Source of the DNA: Polyangiales bacterium
GTDB lineage: Bacteria; Myxococcota_A; Polyangia; Polyangiales; Houyiibacteriaceae
Assembly (NCBI GenBank): GCA_965227405.1
Contig: OZ245758.1
Location: 2,387,153 to 2,451,152 of the forward strand
DNA length: 64,000 nucleotides
Direction: 5' to 3'
The notes beneath the pieces were generated by a model, which worked only from the letters and a program-made list of their open reading frames with translations, made no database searches and had not been told where the DNA came from. Both the position numbers and the translations under genes were made by a program. Positions 26,411 through 35,901 of the stretch are shown one piece after another; position 1 is the first letter of the stretch; the number at the start of each line of letters is the position of its first letter.

Positions 26411-28252
26411 ATGCGTTGTGTCTGGCTGATTCTCGTCGCGTACCCCTTTAGCTCTGTTGCCGCACAGGGACTGATCGCTGGTGACGATGCCGAGCTCACC
26501 GCGCTTGCCGATGCCTACGACCGGCAGATCCACGGGCTGATGACCGTCGAACTTGGTTGGGGGCTGGAAGCGTACGTGAGCAACCCCGACGACCGAGCAG
26601 CTGTCGAAGCGTTCATGGCGTCGGGTCAGCGGGACTTTCAAGCCGCGACGGGGCGGCATCCCTACGAGGTTGTCGATCGTTTTGGTGAGTACGGAGACCT
26701 CGGCATGTTCGGTGGCGTGCAAGCTGCTGGTGACGCGTTCCGCTACGCAGTGCTGCGCGACGAAGGCGCACCCGCGGCACAGGTCGACCAAGCACGTGCA
26801 GACCTGATTCGCGCGCTTGATGGGATGCACTGGTACACGGCCGTGACGGGGGTGCCCGGAGTGATGGCGCGCGGCATTCGACGTCGGTTGCCTGCAGCGG
26901 GGGACCCCGCGCTGCCCGAACTGCCCGACACCGTTCCGCTTCGCGATGGTGCAGGAAACCCGCTTCCCGCCGTCAAGGAACCCACGTGGCGCGAAGACAA
27001 CTCGGGTGAGTTGCCCTTTCTGATCTGGTTGGATGACACGTCCAAGGACCAAGTCGACGGATACATCTTCGCACTGGGCGCCGCCTACGACGTGATCGCG
27101 AACGATCCCACCATTGACGCGTCGTACACCGATCGACTCGTCGATGATGCGCGCGCCATCGCTCAGCGCTTGATGACCGTTGTCGAAGTGTCGCCCGGCA
27201 ACCGAACCGACTTGGTGTTGCAAGATGCGGACGGGCGCATCACGACGTTTCACGATCTCGCTGCAGAGGAACTGGGAGGCGTCGTGATGCCGCGCGCGCT
27301 CAACGGGTTCAACGCCGTCATGAGCCTCGGCATGATGCGCACGCTCTATCACATCACCGGCGACACCGACGTGGGTGAGCACTACTACCGCCTGATCGAG
27401 GAACGCGGCTACCTCGACGCGGCTGAGCTGAACATCACGTTGGTCTACGTCGGCACGATCACGAACTACTCAAACGTGAACATGGCCATGGTCGCCACGT
27501 ATGGATTGCTTCGCTACGAGACCGAAATGCTCTACGCGCTGCGTGCGCGAGGGATCTTGGAGACACTCCTCTATGCACCCGGAGAGAACCGCGAAGCCGC
27601 GGGACTCGGACAATCATGGTTCGACTTTCTCTATGCAGGGTTTCGCGTGGGCGGAAACGGTTCGGACGGTGCGTCCGCGGTGACACGCGGGATCCAGACG
27701 CTGCGAGAGTTCGACATGCCCCCGTATTGGCAGACCGACGTGATCAACTGCGACGAAGCGGAACTCGCTGCGATGAGCTGCGTTGCCGTCGACGGTGTCA
27801 CTCCGATCACCATTGCCGAAACGCTTGGTCGCGGAGGGATTCCGGTCGCAACAGAGCCGCTTCCGAAACGACTTCGACCAGACGACAACTTTGAGTGGCG
27901 CTCGGATCCACACCGCGTGAACGGCACTGCGGGATCACGTCTCAATCCCGGTGGTGGATTTCACGGCGCGTACTGGATGGGACGCTACCTGCAGCAAGGA
28001 GACAGTGGCTTTCACAACGTCTCTCCTTTGGCGCGCGAACGCACGCCTGTGCCTCCAGCGACGGATGGTGGTGTGGTCGACGATGCGAGTGTGCCGCTCG
28101 ATGCAGGTGTCGATGTCGACGCAGCGGGTGTGGACGCAGGCGAGGTCACCGACGGAGGGGGAGGTTGCTCCGTCGGTTCGCTCGGCGTTACCGGTTGGTG
28201 GGTTCTGCTCTTCGTTGGCCGTCGAAGGAACGGTTGTGAACGCCGACCCTGA
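26411..28252 (+). CDS. secreted protein with MYXO-CTERM-like C-terminal sorting tail
   Basis: Start placed at MRCVWLILVAYPFSSVAAQG (signal peptide). The C-terminus GGGGCSVGSLGVTGWWVLLFVGRRRNG resembles the Gly-Cys / hydrophobic / Arg-rich MYXO-CTERM architecture. Confidence 0.55.
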   Translation: MRCVWLILVAYPFSSVAAQGLIAGDDAELTALADAYDRQIHGLMTVELGWGLEAYVSNPDDRAAVEAFMASGQRDFQAATGRHPYEVVDRFGEYGDLGMFGGVQAAGDAFRYAVLRDEGAPAAQVDQARADLIRALDGMHWYTAVTGVPGVMARGIRRRLPAAGDPALPELPDTVPLRDGAGNPLPAVKEPTWREDNSGELPFLIWLDDTSKDQVDGYIFALGAAYDVIANDPTIDASYTDRLVDDARAIAQRLMTVVEVSPGNRTDLVLQDADGRITTFHDLAAEELGGVVMPRALNGFNAVMSLGMMRTLYHITGDTDVGEHYYRLIEERGYLDAAELNITLVYVGTITNYSNVNMAMVATYGLLRYETEMLYALRARGILETLLYAPGENREAAGLGQSWFDFLYAGFRVGGNGSDGASAVTRGIQTLREFDMPPYWQTDVINCDEAELAAMSCVAVDGVTPITIAETLGRGGIPVATEPLPKRLRPDDNFEWRSDPHRVNGTAGSRLNPGGGFHGAYWMGRYLQQGDSGFHNVSPLARERTPVPPATDGGVVDDASVPLDAGVDVDAAGVDAGEVTDGGGGCSVGSLGVTGWWVLLFVGRRRNGCERRP

Positions 28253-29069
28253 GCCCCAGTGTTCCCTCGCGTTGAACGGGGTCGTATCCGGCAAACCCGC
28301 CGATGCTGAACATGGGTGACACGAAGCGATCGAACCCCACGCGTCCCTCGACTTTGAGATCGTAGCGGTGACGTGTGATGTGGTTGATGCAATCGACTTC
28401 GCGCGTTTCGATGTTGAAGATCAGTGCGCGAAACCCGGCGGCGACTTCGGTGTTGAACTGCCAGCGCTGTCCAACGGGAACGGTGACGCCAACAAACGCG
28501 CGAAGCCCGACACTGATCGTGGACTTGAGGCGAGCCTCCACAAGACCGCTCCGTGCTTCACCGGTTGGACGTATCGATGTGCCGAGGCTTCCCGCCGCAC
28601 CCATGTACACATTGCGGTGCAACAAGAACGAGAAGCGTGGTCGTAGTTCCATCACCGAGCGGTGTTCCAAATCACTAAGGGTGAGTTCGTAGTTGTTGTC
28701 GTTGTGGCTCGTTTGAAGCGGAAATGAGATGTCGCCGAGGTTGAGGGTTGTCAGGCCGACCTCGAGTTCGAGCCGGAATGGGCGGCGGTTTGCGTCCCAT
28801 TCTGCGTATCGGTAGCCCGGGCAGTCGCGTAGCCCGACCGCGCTACTTCTGTCGACACACGCAGGTCGAGCGGGTGTGCTGCTGCTACTGCTGCTGGAAC
28901 TCGACGACGAACTCCAACTGCAGCTCGACGAAGAACTTGAGCTACTGGACGAACTCGAACTCGAACTCGAACCCCCGCAGCCGGCGTACACGATGCGTGG
29001 GACCATGAGGATCGCGCTACTGACCGAGAGAACGAGCGCGACCTTCACGAACCACTCCATCGAAAGCAC
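28188..29069 (-). CDS. secreted protein with long poly-Ser tracts, beta-rich C-terminal region (possible outer-membrane protein)
   Basis: Signal peptide, then CGGSSSSSSSSSSSSSSSSCSWSSSSSSSSSSSS encoded with mixed Ser codons. The 3' end overlaps the convergent gene by 65 nt. Confidence 0.5.
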   Translation of the reverse strand: MLSMEWFVKVALVLSVSSAILMVPRIVYAGCGGSSSSSSSSSSSSSSSSCSWSSSSSSSSSSSSTPARPACVDRSSAVGLRDCPGYRYAEWDANRRPFRLELEVGLTTLNLGDISFPLQTSHNDNNYELTLSDLEHRSVMELRPRFSFLLHRNVYMGAAGSLGTSIRPTGEARSGLVEARLKSTISVGLRAFVGVTVPVGQRWQFNTEVAAGFRALIFNIETREVDCINHITRHRYDLKVEGRVGFDRFVSPMFSIGGFAGYDPVQREGTLGLRVGVHNRSFDGQRRAEPTNR

Positions 29070-29632
29070 ACCGGTTCGGCGGGTTGGTGAAGAACAGGTT
29101 CAACCTCGACGCAGACATCCAATGGTCCGAGACCGGGAGGAACGACGTACGCGATCACCTCATGAGCAGTGCGACGTCCATCCAAGAGCGCTGCACGAAT
29201 CTGTTCTTGCGGGTCCCACGCAGCAAGCAAGATCGGCGTATTGCCCACGTCCTCTGAATAGAACTCGGGAGCCGGCAGGTCCGTTCGAGTGCTTCGAGGT
29301 GCAGCCGCAGGGGTCGCGACAACCACTGCGTGGCTCAGGTCGACAGGCACAGCGCCGTCGCACGAGTTGCCCAGTTCGTATCGCACGCCGACCCAGCCGA
29401 GTTCACGCAAGCGCTCGTCACTGTGCGAGGTCGCGCGGACCTCAAGGCAGCCTGTGGCGACGGTCTCGGATGACTCACCGGCGACGGTCTCGGATGACTC
29501 ACCACTTGTCTCGTTGGCCGTCGTTTCGAGTGAGCCCGATTCGTATCCGTGTCCGCACGCCAGCAGCGTGAACAAAAGCCAAACACAAGACGCACCGGTG
29601 CACACCATCTTGGCAGATGGTCGTAAGCGCAT
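29045..29632 (-). CDS. hypothetical lipoprotein
   Basis: Start moved to MRLRPSAKMVCTGASCVWLLFTLLACG. Contains a duplicated GESSETVA unit. Confidence 0.4.
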   Translation of the reverse strand: MRLRPSAKMVCTGASCVWLLFTLLACGHGYESGSLETTANETSGESSETVAGESSETVATGCLEVRATSHSDERLRELGWVGVRYELGNSCDGAVPVDLSHAVVVATPAAAPRSTRTDLPAPEFYSEDVGNTPILLAAWDPQEQIRAALLDGRRTAHEVIAYVVPPGLGPLDVCVEVEPVLHQPAEPVCFRWSGS

Positions 29633-29969
29633 TTCGTAACCTCCCGCTGCAAGACACAGCACAACGCGTTCCAACGCGTTCGATGCCCTCGCACCCAACT
29701 CAACGACGCAAAGTTCGGAACTATTCGGCCACTCGGTCAGTTCACGAACGCCTGACGGGGGGATCCCCCTGAGACAAGCTTGTCCGAAGTGCGAAGGCAG
29801 CTTCGCGGACGAGGCGCAGATGAGCACCTGAATCTTAGTGGGAGACGTGAGGCTCGGAGCCTGCAGAGAACATTGCTTTCCGGTCTCCTACCCGAGCCAA
29901 CTCATTTTAGATTCAGTTTAAGTTTCGCAATGCGCATCTCTTGTTCGGCTGGGCAACAGCTTCGCGGAC

Positions 29970-30050
29970 GACGAGTCGAACGCAACTGGCAACTCGGACG
30001 AGTCGAACGCAACTAGCAACTCAGACGAGTCGAACGCAACTAGCAACTCA
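29970..30050. repeat. 3 x 27-bp tandem repeat
   Basis: ACGAGTCGAACGCAACT(G/A)GCAACTC(G/A)G repeated head-to-tail three times in a roughly 600-bp non-coding gap. Confidence 0.8.
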
Positions 30051-30330
30051 GAGCACGGAGCAGAGAACAAACAACCCGGACCGCCGGAGCGCGTGTGTCG
30101 GTCTTCGCGCGATCCGTGTTCCGAATTTTCTGTTCCGGTGTTCTCAGCTCCAGGTCCCACCTCCTGCGCTTTCGCGGGCCCTCTGGAATTGCTGGACGGG
30201 AAAGGGAAGGGGAATGGGAATGGAAACGAACGCGCTCCGCGGAGCAACTTCGCGGAAACGGACCAGCTACTTCTTCGAAGACTTGGTCACTTGACCGACT
30301 TCGCGAAAATGATCGGTTTTCCCCGCCGAG

Positions 30331-30384
30331 GCTTCCGTGCTCCCGAACTTCCATGCTTCCGGATCCGCGAAGCGGAATGCTGCC
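30331..30384 (+). repeat. 54-bp GGAAG-rich interspersed repeat, copy a
   Basis: GCTTCCGTGCTCCCGAACTTCCATGCTTCCGGATCCGCGAAGCGGAATGCTGCC. Differs at 2 positions from copy c (31447..31500). Confidence 0.8.
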
Positions 30385-30395
30385 CCCCCGCAATC

Positions 30396-30440
30396 GCTTC
30401 CGCCCGAACTTCCAACCTTCCAGATCCGCGAAGCGGAACC
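30396..30440 (+). repeat. degenerate copy b of the same repeat
   Basis: GCTTCCGCCCGAACTTCCAACCTTCCAGATCCGCGAAGCGGAACC, abutting the stop codon of the GT2 gene. Confidence 0.6.
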
Positions 30441-31348
30441 TACTGAGCGGCTGTGGTGCGTTGCTCGAGTTGACGTCGACAGAGCTCGATTACGAAGTCG
30501 ACGTCGTTCTCGTAGCCGTTCTTCACCCAGCGACCTTCGTCGTTCAGCACGTACCAGCGAATATCGCCCCGGATCCAATCGCGAAGTTGCTCGTCGTGGG
30601 GATACATATCCATGAACTGCACAGCGTTTTGCACGTATGTGTCGTACGTGGGTTCGATCTCGCGAACTTCGCACCGGAACGGATCCCGTGGTTTGGGATC
30701 CTCGACGTGAAGTACCCGTGCTTCAGGAGCCGCAAACACTTCGAACTGATTGTGGTGCAAGCGGTAACCGAGCTCGGTGTCTTCCATGCCCCAACCGTGG
30801 AAGCGTTCGTCGAAGCGTAGTTCCGGGTGACCGAGCGTGATCGAGAAGTTGCACGAGTACACGAAGATCCACGGAAGCTCGTGGCCTTCGATCGTGCCGC
30901 CATCCAGGTCAGCGACACGGTCATCGCGTTCGTGGCTGACGATGTCGTCCCACGATGGGATGTCGCCTTCGAAGTGTTCGGTTCGGTGTCGAAAGCCAAC
31001 GCAGATCGTCTTGTCACCGGGGTGCTTAGCGTGTGCATCGAGATGTGCTTTGACGAACTCGGGGCGAATGAGCACATCGTCGTCCACGAAGATGACGATG
31101 TCGCCGATCGCTTGTTCGATGCCCATGTTGCGCGCTTGTCCGGCACGAAATCCGAGGTCTTCTTGGAACGCGTACACCAAGGGAAGTCGGTCCTTGAAGC
31201 TCTCGGCAACCTCGCGCGTGTGGTCCCTGGAACCGTCATCGCAAACCACAACGCGGGCGAGTTCAGGACCTTGCGCTTCGACACAACGCAGCAAAGCGCG
31301 GAGCCGTTCCGCTCGGTTGTACGTGGGAATGACCAGCGTCGCGCGCAC
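30440..31348 (-). CDS. family 2 glycosyltransferase
   Basis: 302 aa. LVIPTYNRAERL...VVCDDGSRDHT...VDDDV is the typical GT2 (GT-A) pattern. Confidence 0.8.
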   Translation of the reverse strand: MRATLVIPTYNRAERLRALLRCVEAQGPELARVVVCDDGSRDHTREVAESFKDRLPLVYAFQEDLGFRAGQARNMGIEQAIGDIVIFVDDDVLIRPEFVKAHLDAHAKHPGDKTICVGFRHRTEHFEGDIPSWDDIVSHERDDRVADLDGGTIEGHELPWIFVYSCNFSITLGHPELRFDERFHGWGMEDTELGYRLHHNQFEVFAAPEARVLHVEDPKPRDPFRCEVREIEPTYDTYVQNAVQFMDMYPHDEQLRDWIRGDIRWYVLNDEGRWVKNGYENDVDFVIELCRRQLEQRTTAAQ

Positions 31349-31446
31349 GACCCCGAGCTAGCACAAAACAGGTCCGTCCGGGGACGTGGTCCGTGCGGAC
31401 CCGAACCTGCCCCAAAACGCCCCGCTTTTCCGGTATCCCAGCCTAA

Positions 31447-31500
31447 GCTTCCGTACTCCCGAGCTTCCATGCTTCCGGATCCGCGAAGCGGAATGCTGCC
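31447..31500 (+). repeat. 54-bp GGAAG-rich interspersed repeat, copy c
   Basis: GCTTCCGTACTCCCGAGCTTCCATGCTTCCGGATCCGCGAAGCGGAATGCTGCC, lying between the two glycosyltransferase genes. Confidence 0.8.
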
Positions 31501-31523
31501 CACCAGGTTCGGGTCCGTACGGA

Positions 31524-33503
31524 CTACGTCCCCACACGGACCATCGTTTCGTCGACGATGTCGAAGTCCTTCAGCGCTTCACGCAGCGCTTCGCGGTGGT
31601 GCTTGGTTTCCTCCGTCAGGACCAAGCGCACGTTGACCTCTAGCGAAGACTCCAGCAGCGCGTTCCATCCGCGCCAAAAAGCGTCCCACGTGCCTGGACC
31701 CGCCACAGCTTCGTGGGTTTCGCGGTCCATCCCGTACACGATAGCATCCACGCCCCCCAAACCACGCGCGTGCGCTTTCGCGGCGAGCCCGTCTTGCGCG
31801 AACGGGTACACCAAAGTCTGCATCGACACCCAGCTGACTTCGCCGCGCGCGTGCTCCACCAGCGTCCACACATCGGGATGCTCAGCCGGCGCGCCCCCCA
31901 ACAAGTAGATCCGCTGCGCCCCGATCTTCTGCGCGTACGCCACGCGATCCAACAACTCGTGCAACGGTTTGCCGCCGGGATGCACTTGATGGATTTGCGC
32001 ATGCACTGCGGAGCGTGACGACGCCATCCCACCCATCTCGATACCCACGGTCGTGGGCTGACCACAGGTCTCCGCGATGTCGGAGTGCGCACGCTCGACG
32101 AACGTTTGCATCGTCGGACTGGGATGTCGTGCACCCAGCCGCTCTAGATTCTGAACAAAGCCCGCAAAGTCATCGTGCGTCGGAGCGTGCTTGCGAAACG
32201 GATTGCGCGGCGCAGGCTCGCTGGGGTCCACGAGGTGAATCCCGAGCGCCCAACGCGATAAGATCCACTGCGCACCGGCGTTGTGCAGTCGCACACCAAG
32301 GTCGACATCTTCCAGCCCCCAACCGCGAAAGCCTTCGGCGAATCCACCCACTTCGGCGAGCAGTGCTTTGGGCAGCGAGAGGTTGCCGGTGTAGCAAAGC
32401 TCCCACGGTGTCTCGAGCCACTGCACGTTGTCGAGACACGATCGAAACGCGGGCTCGCGGGAGCGATCGGGAATCACGCTGAGCGCGTCGAGGTCTGCAC
32501 CACGAACGTGGTCGAGAGTGTGGATGAAGCCCAGGTCGTGCAGGTTGTAGCCGGACAGGTAGCCCAACACGACGCTGCGCGCGTTGCGGCGATGCACCCA
32601 GTCGAGGTGCCAGAGAAAGTCTGCGCCCACGGCCACGTCGGCATCCAAAAACGAGAGCACGTCGTAGCGCGCTTGTTCGGCGCCATACTGACGCGCCTGT
32701 CCTGCACGAAACGTGGCGTCGCGTCCTTTGGGTTGGAGCAGTCGTACATTGTCCGGCATCTCGGCAAAGATCGGACGCAAGTCGCTTTCGGATCCGTCGT
32801 CGACCACCAGAACTTCGTAGCGATCTTCGGGGTAGGTTTGCGATGCGAGGCGCGTGACCACTTCCGCGAGAATCTCAGCGCGTTCGTATGCGGGAACCAC
32901 AACGCTGATTCCGGTGGGCGTGTCGGTGTCCGGCAAGCTCTCCGGAACCTCAACGCGCGGCTTGGCGAGCCGATCACCATCCCAGTCCATGCTTGGTCGG
33001 ACGGTGAACGCTTCGGTGTAGCCCGCTTCGGCGACAGCGCGTCGCGCGAGCTCCGTGTCTTCGCCAAAGGGATACGCGAAGCGGGTCACATCAACGCCGA
33101 GTTCGCGCTCCAACGTGCGCTTGGATTCGACGCACTCGCGAACAAGCCGATCGAAATGACGCTTGTCATCTTCGTCGTAGAGACGCCATCGCATCCGAAG
33201 ATGGGAGATGGTGTGTGAACCGATGTGCCATCCGCGATCGCGCAGCTCTCGTACTTGGTCCCACGTCAGAAAATCCGGCGAAGTGTCGACGTAGCCCGTC
33301 GGTACAAAGAGGGTGGGCCGCACACCCAAGGGCTCGAGCACCTCGACGGCACGCATCATCGACACGTGTGCATCGTCGAAGCTCAACTCGAAGTCACCTT
33401 CGCGCTTCCACTGCTGCACGAGCGCGCGTAGCTCGCTTTCAGACAGGCTTAGACGCGGTGGCTCATCACCATCCGCGTGGACGTAGTGCGCGTAGTAGTG
33501 CAC
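31524..33503 (-). CDS. multidomain polysaccharide deacetylase (NodB-like) + GT2 glycosyltransferase protein
   Basis: 659 aa. N-terminal SFDDAHVS...TLFVPTG...GSHTISH (NodB-like), central SVVVPAYERAEIL...VVDDGSESD...LDADV (GT2), and an extra C-terminal domain of unknown type. Confidence 0.7.
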   Translation of the reverse strand: MHYYAHYVHADGDEPPRLSLSESELRALVQQWKREGDFELSFDDAHVSMMRAVEVLEPLGVRPTLFVPTGYVDTSPDFLTWDQVRELRDRGWHIGSHTISHLRMRWRLYDEDDKRHFDRLVRECVESKRTLERELGVDVTRFAYPFGEDTELARRAVAEAGYTEAFTVRPSMDWDGDRLAKPRVEVPESLPDTDTPTGISVVVPAYERAEILAEVVTRLASQTYPEDRYEVLVVDDGSESDLRPIFAEMPDNVRLLQPKGRDATFRAGQARQYGAEQARYDVLSFLDADVAVGADFLWHLDWVHRRNARSVVLGYLSGYNLHDLGFIHTLDHVRGADLDALSVIPDRSREPAFRSCLDNVQWLETPWELCYTGNLSLPKALLAEVGGFAEGFRGWGLEDVDLGVRLHNAGAQWILSRWALGIHLVDPSEPAPRNPFRKHAPTHDDFAGFVQNLERLGARHPSPTMQTFVERAHSDIAETCGQPTTVGIEMGGMASSRSAVHAQIHQVHPGGKPLHELLDRVAYAQKIGAQRIYLLGGAPAEHPDVWTLVEHARGEVSWVSMQTLVYPFAQDGLAAKAHARGLGGVDAIVYGMDRETHEAVAGPGTWDAFWRGWNALLESSLEVNVRLVLTEETKHHREALREALKDFDIVDETMVRVGT

Positions 33504-33521
33504 GCCGCGGCGACGATAGGT

Positions 33522-35216
33522 CTAGCGGCCGCTTTGCGCCAAGCGCGGCGAGACAAGCACGCGATAAAAGCCCGTTTCGTCGGCGCGCGCACGACCCAGT
33601 TCGACGAAGCGCGTGTCGCCCGCAGTACGACCCAGCACCGTGACCTCGGCATTCGGGATCTCCATGCCGTTGGCGTCGCGAATCGTGCCTTGCACAGGAA
33701 CCGGCGGTTCGATGTCGAAAGGGTTCGCCAAAGTGCGTAGTGATCCAACGGTGTAGTTGGGCATCACAAACCAGGCGTAGTTGGACTCGGACGGCGGTTT
33801 CACGAACACGTCGTACACACCGACGTCGAGTCGCAAATCGAACAGGCCGTCGATGTCGCCACTGAGCGTTTCGCTGGACCGGTTGTAGATCGCGGCTCGC
33901 GGCATCTCGTCGTCCGCTTGGATGCCCAGCGCAACGGCTTCCAACTGCACACCCGGGAACGCTTCGCCCATGGCGGTGCGAACTGTGCCGCCGAGCACGG
34001 CACGCTCGGGCGTGATGAAGAGCTGACCGCTCACGATGGGCTCACCGGTCATCGGAGGCGTGATGCGCAGTTCGTCCGCAACCGGAGCAAACGTTCCCGC
34101 AGACGGCGACACCACGATTTCGTAGGTACCGGCAAGCAGCTCAACCTCGAACGAACCATCGCTCTCTGTGCTTGCCGACGTGCGGAAGCTGCCACGTGCC
34201 ATGACCTCGGCGTCGAACACATCGTTGGACTCGAAGGTGAGGGTGGCATCCACGCCGGCTCCGTCCTCGGTTTGAACGCTGCCGCGATAGGTCACGACGT
34301 CTGCTTCGGGAACGCGGATGCGCAGTTCACCGGGCGGAAGCAACGCGGGATCCACCGAGACCGTCGGGAAGAGTTCACGCCCCTCGCCGCCGGTGACACG
34401 AAGCAAGAAGCCTTCGGTGTCGGGCGAGGTGGCGATCTCAAAATGCCCGTCGGCATCGGTCAACGCAGTGGACGAGACCACGCGACCGGACTCCGCTTCC
34501 ACCGCGCGAACCTGCAAGCCTTCTTGGGGCTCCGCGTCGCTGTTGATGACCGTGCCTTGCAGCTTGCACCCCGCAAACATGGACGTGCACATCGTGTCGA
34601 AGGGCGGGTAGGTGAGCTCCACCGGCCAGATCGCGCTTCCGTCCGGCGACGAGGGCGTCTCCAGCTGAAGGATGCGCATCGGCGGGAGTTCGCGCAGCCA
34701 CGGCACATCGCTGTCGGGCATGGTCTCGGCGCTGGGTGCGACCGTGACGGTGTACATCGAGCCCGCTTCGAGTCGTGCGCTGAAGTCTGCGTCGATGGTG
34801 CCGACGCGCTGCGGCTCGTTGAACGTGTTGACCGTCACGCGGTCCATCGGACGGCCGGGCAATCCCGGTCGCGTGAACGTGATCTCTGCGGGGATACGCG
34901 CTTCGCCTGACCAATCGAGTGTTCCGGCAACCTCGACGATGTGCGGCAAGGTCACGTCGCGCTCGGCAGTACGAATCAAGCGGAACGGCTGGTCGGTCCA
35001 AGCCGAAAGCGTGGGAACGTCTTCGGAGGGGATGACGCGGATGGCGATCTCGACATCCTCTGTGTCGGTGCTGATGCAGATCGAATCTTCACAGGCGTTC
35101 GTGCTGCAGTCCGATGGAGCCGTGCAACGGTTCTCGACCTCAAACTGCGGCTCGCCGAAGTCAGCGCAGGCTGCCACGAAGCAGAGGAACCAGACGTATC
35201 TCAAAAGGAGGGGCAT
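33522..35216 (-). CDS. lipoprotein with repeated carboxypeptidase-regulatory-like (Ig-like beta-sandwich) domains
   Basis: Lipobox FLCFVAACADF. Several G(T/S)V...G.P..G..V......T..DG.F motifs (for example LQGTVINSDAEPQEGLQVRAVE...TDADGHFEI). Confidence 0.55.
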   Translation of the reverse strand: MPLLLRYVWFLCFVAACADFGEPQFEVENRCTAPSDCSTNACEDSICISTDTEDVEIAIRVIPSEDVPTLSAWTDQPFRLIRTAERDVTLPHIVEVAGTLDWSGEARIPAEITFTRPGLPGRPMDRVTVNTFNEPQRVGTIDADFSARLEAGSMYTVTVAPSAETMPDSDVPWLRELPPMRILQLETPSSPDGSAIWPVELTYPPFDTMCTSMFAGCKLQGTVINSDAEPQEGLQVRAVEAESGRVVSSTALTDADGHFEIATSPDTEGFLLRVTGGEGRELFPTVSVDPALLPPGELRIRVPEADVVTYRGSVQTEDGAGVDATLTFESNDVFDAEVMARGSFRTSASTESDGSFEVELLAGTYEIVVSPSAGTFAPVADELRITPPMTGEPIVSGQLFITPERAVLGGTVRTAMGEAFPGVQLEAVALGIQADDEMPRAAIYNRSSETLSGDIDGLFDLRLDVGVYDVFVKPPSESNYAWFVMPNYTVGSLRTLANPFDIEPPVPVQGTIRDANGMEIPNAEVTVLGRTAGDTRFVELGRARADETGFYRVLVSPRLAQSGR

Positions 35217-35734
35217 CCGTCCATCGTCGTTGAGAGCACGCCTGCTTCAGTGTCGATTGTACTCACCCACCAGACCGCTCGAGCAATGTCGGTTGGATCT
35301 GCGCTTTGCCGAAACGCGTCCTGACGTAGGAACCGCGAACTGACCAGCAGCTCGATCTTGTGGCATTTCGGTTCGGTGAGTTCGGTGACGGGCACCTGAA
35401 GGACGAAGTCTCGCTCGAGACCTTCGTTGGCCGGAATCGTTCCTCCGGCCACAAGTGATCCGAGATCATCCTCAAACTCGAAATCAACGTACGCGTTGTA
35501 CTCCAGCGCTTGGTCAAAGTTGGGGTCGCGGACGATGACCGGGATCGAGAGCTCCGACCCCTCGAACGTCGCCACGTCGATTCGAATGATCTGACCCAGA
35601 CCCACACCCATCGTGTTGGCGGTCTCGCCCGTCACGATCGAGGGCGGCAGGTTGCCTTCCTCGGGAACTTGGGCGTTGTCGGTCACCAAACAGCTCATGA
35701 GCACCAACGGGATCATGAACAGAGCAAGCCGCAT
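35201..35734 (-). CDS. hypothetical lipoprotein
   Basis: Start moved to MRLALFMIPLVLMSCLV. Overlaps the downstream gene by 16 nt. Confidence 0.4.
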   Translation of the reverse strand: MRLALFMIPLVLMSCLVTDNAQVPEEGNLPPSIVTGETANTMGVGLGQIIRIDVATFEGSELSIPVIVRDPNFDQALEYNAYVDFEFEDDLGSLVAGGTIPANEGLERDFVLQVPVTELTEPKCHKIELLVSSRFLRQDAFRQSADPTDIARAVWWVSTIDTEAGVLSTTMDGCPSF

Positions 35735-35901
35735 GCCGATCATGCGCTCAGCCAACAAGCCCAGATAATCACTAAGGTTTCTACGCATCCAATCGAACTT
35801 GAGCGTGGGTTGCACCCAACGATCACGACACCCATGTCAGGGTAGCCTGAGAGTGGGCGAACCGGCACATCTTGGTGATCTCAGGCGCTTGGCCGGTTGA
35901 G

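Noticed and set aside
29970-30050. CRISPR array
   Set aside because: The 27-bp units are directly adjacent with no spacers. There are only three copies and no cas genes.
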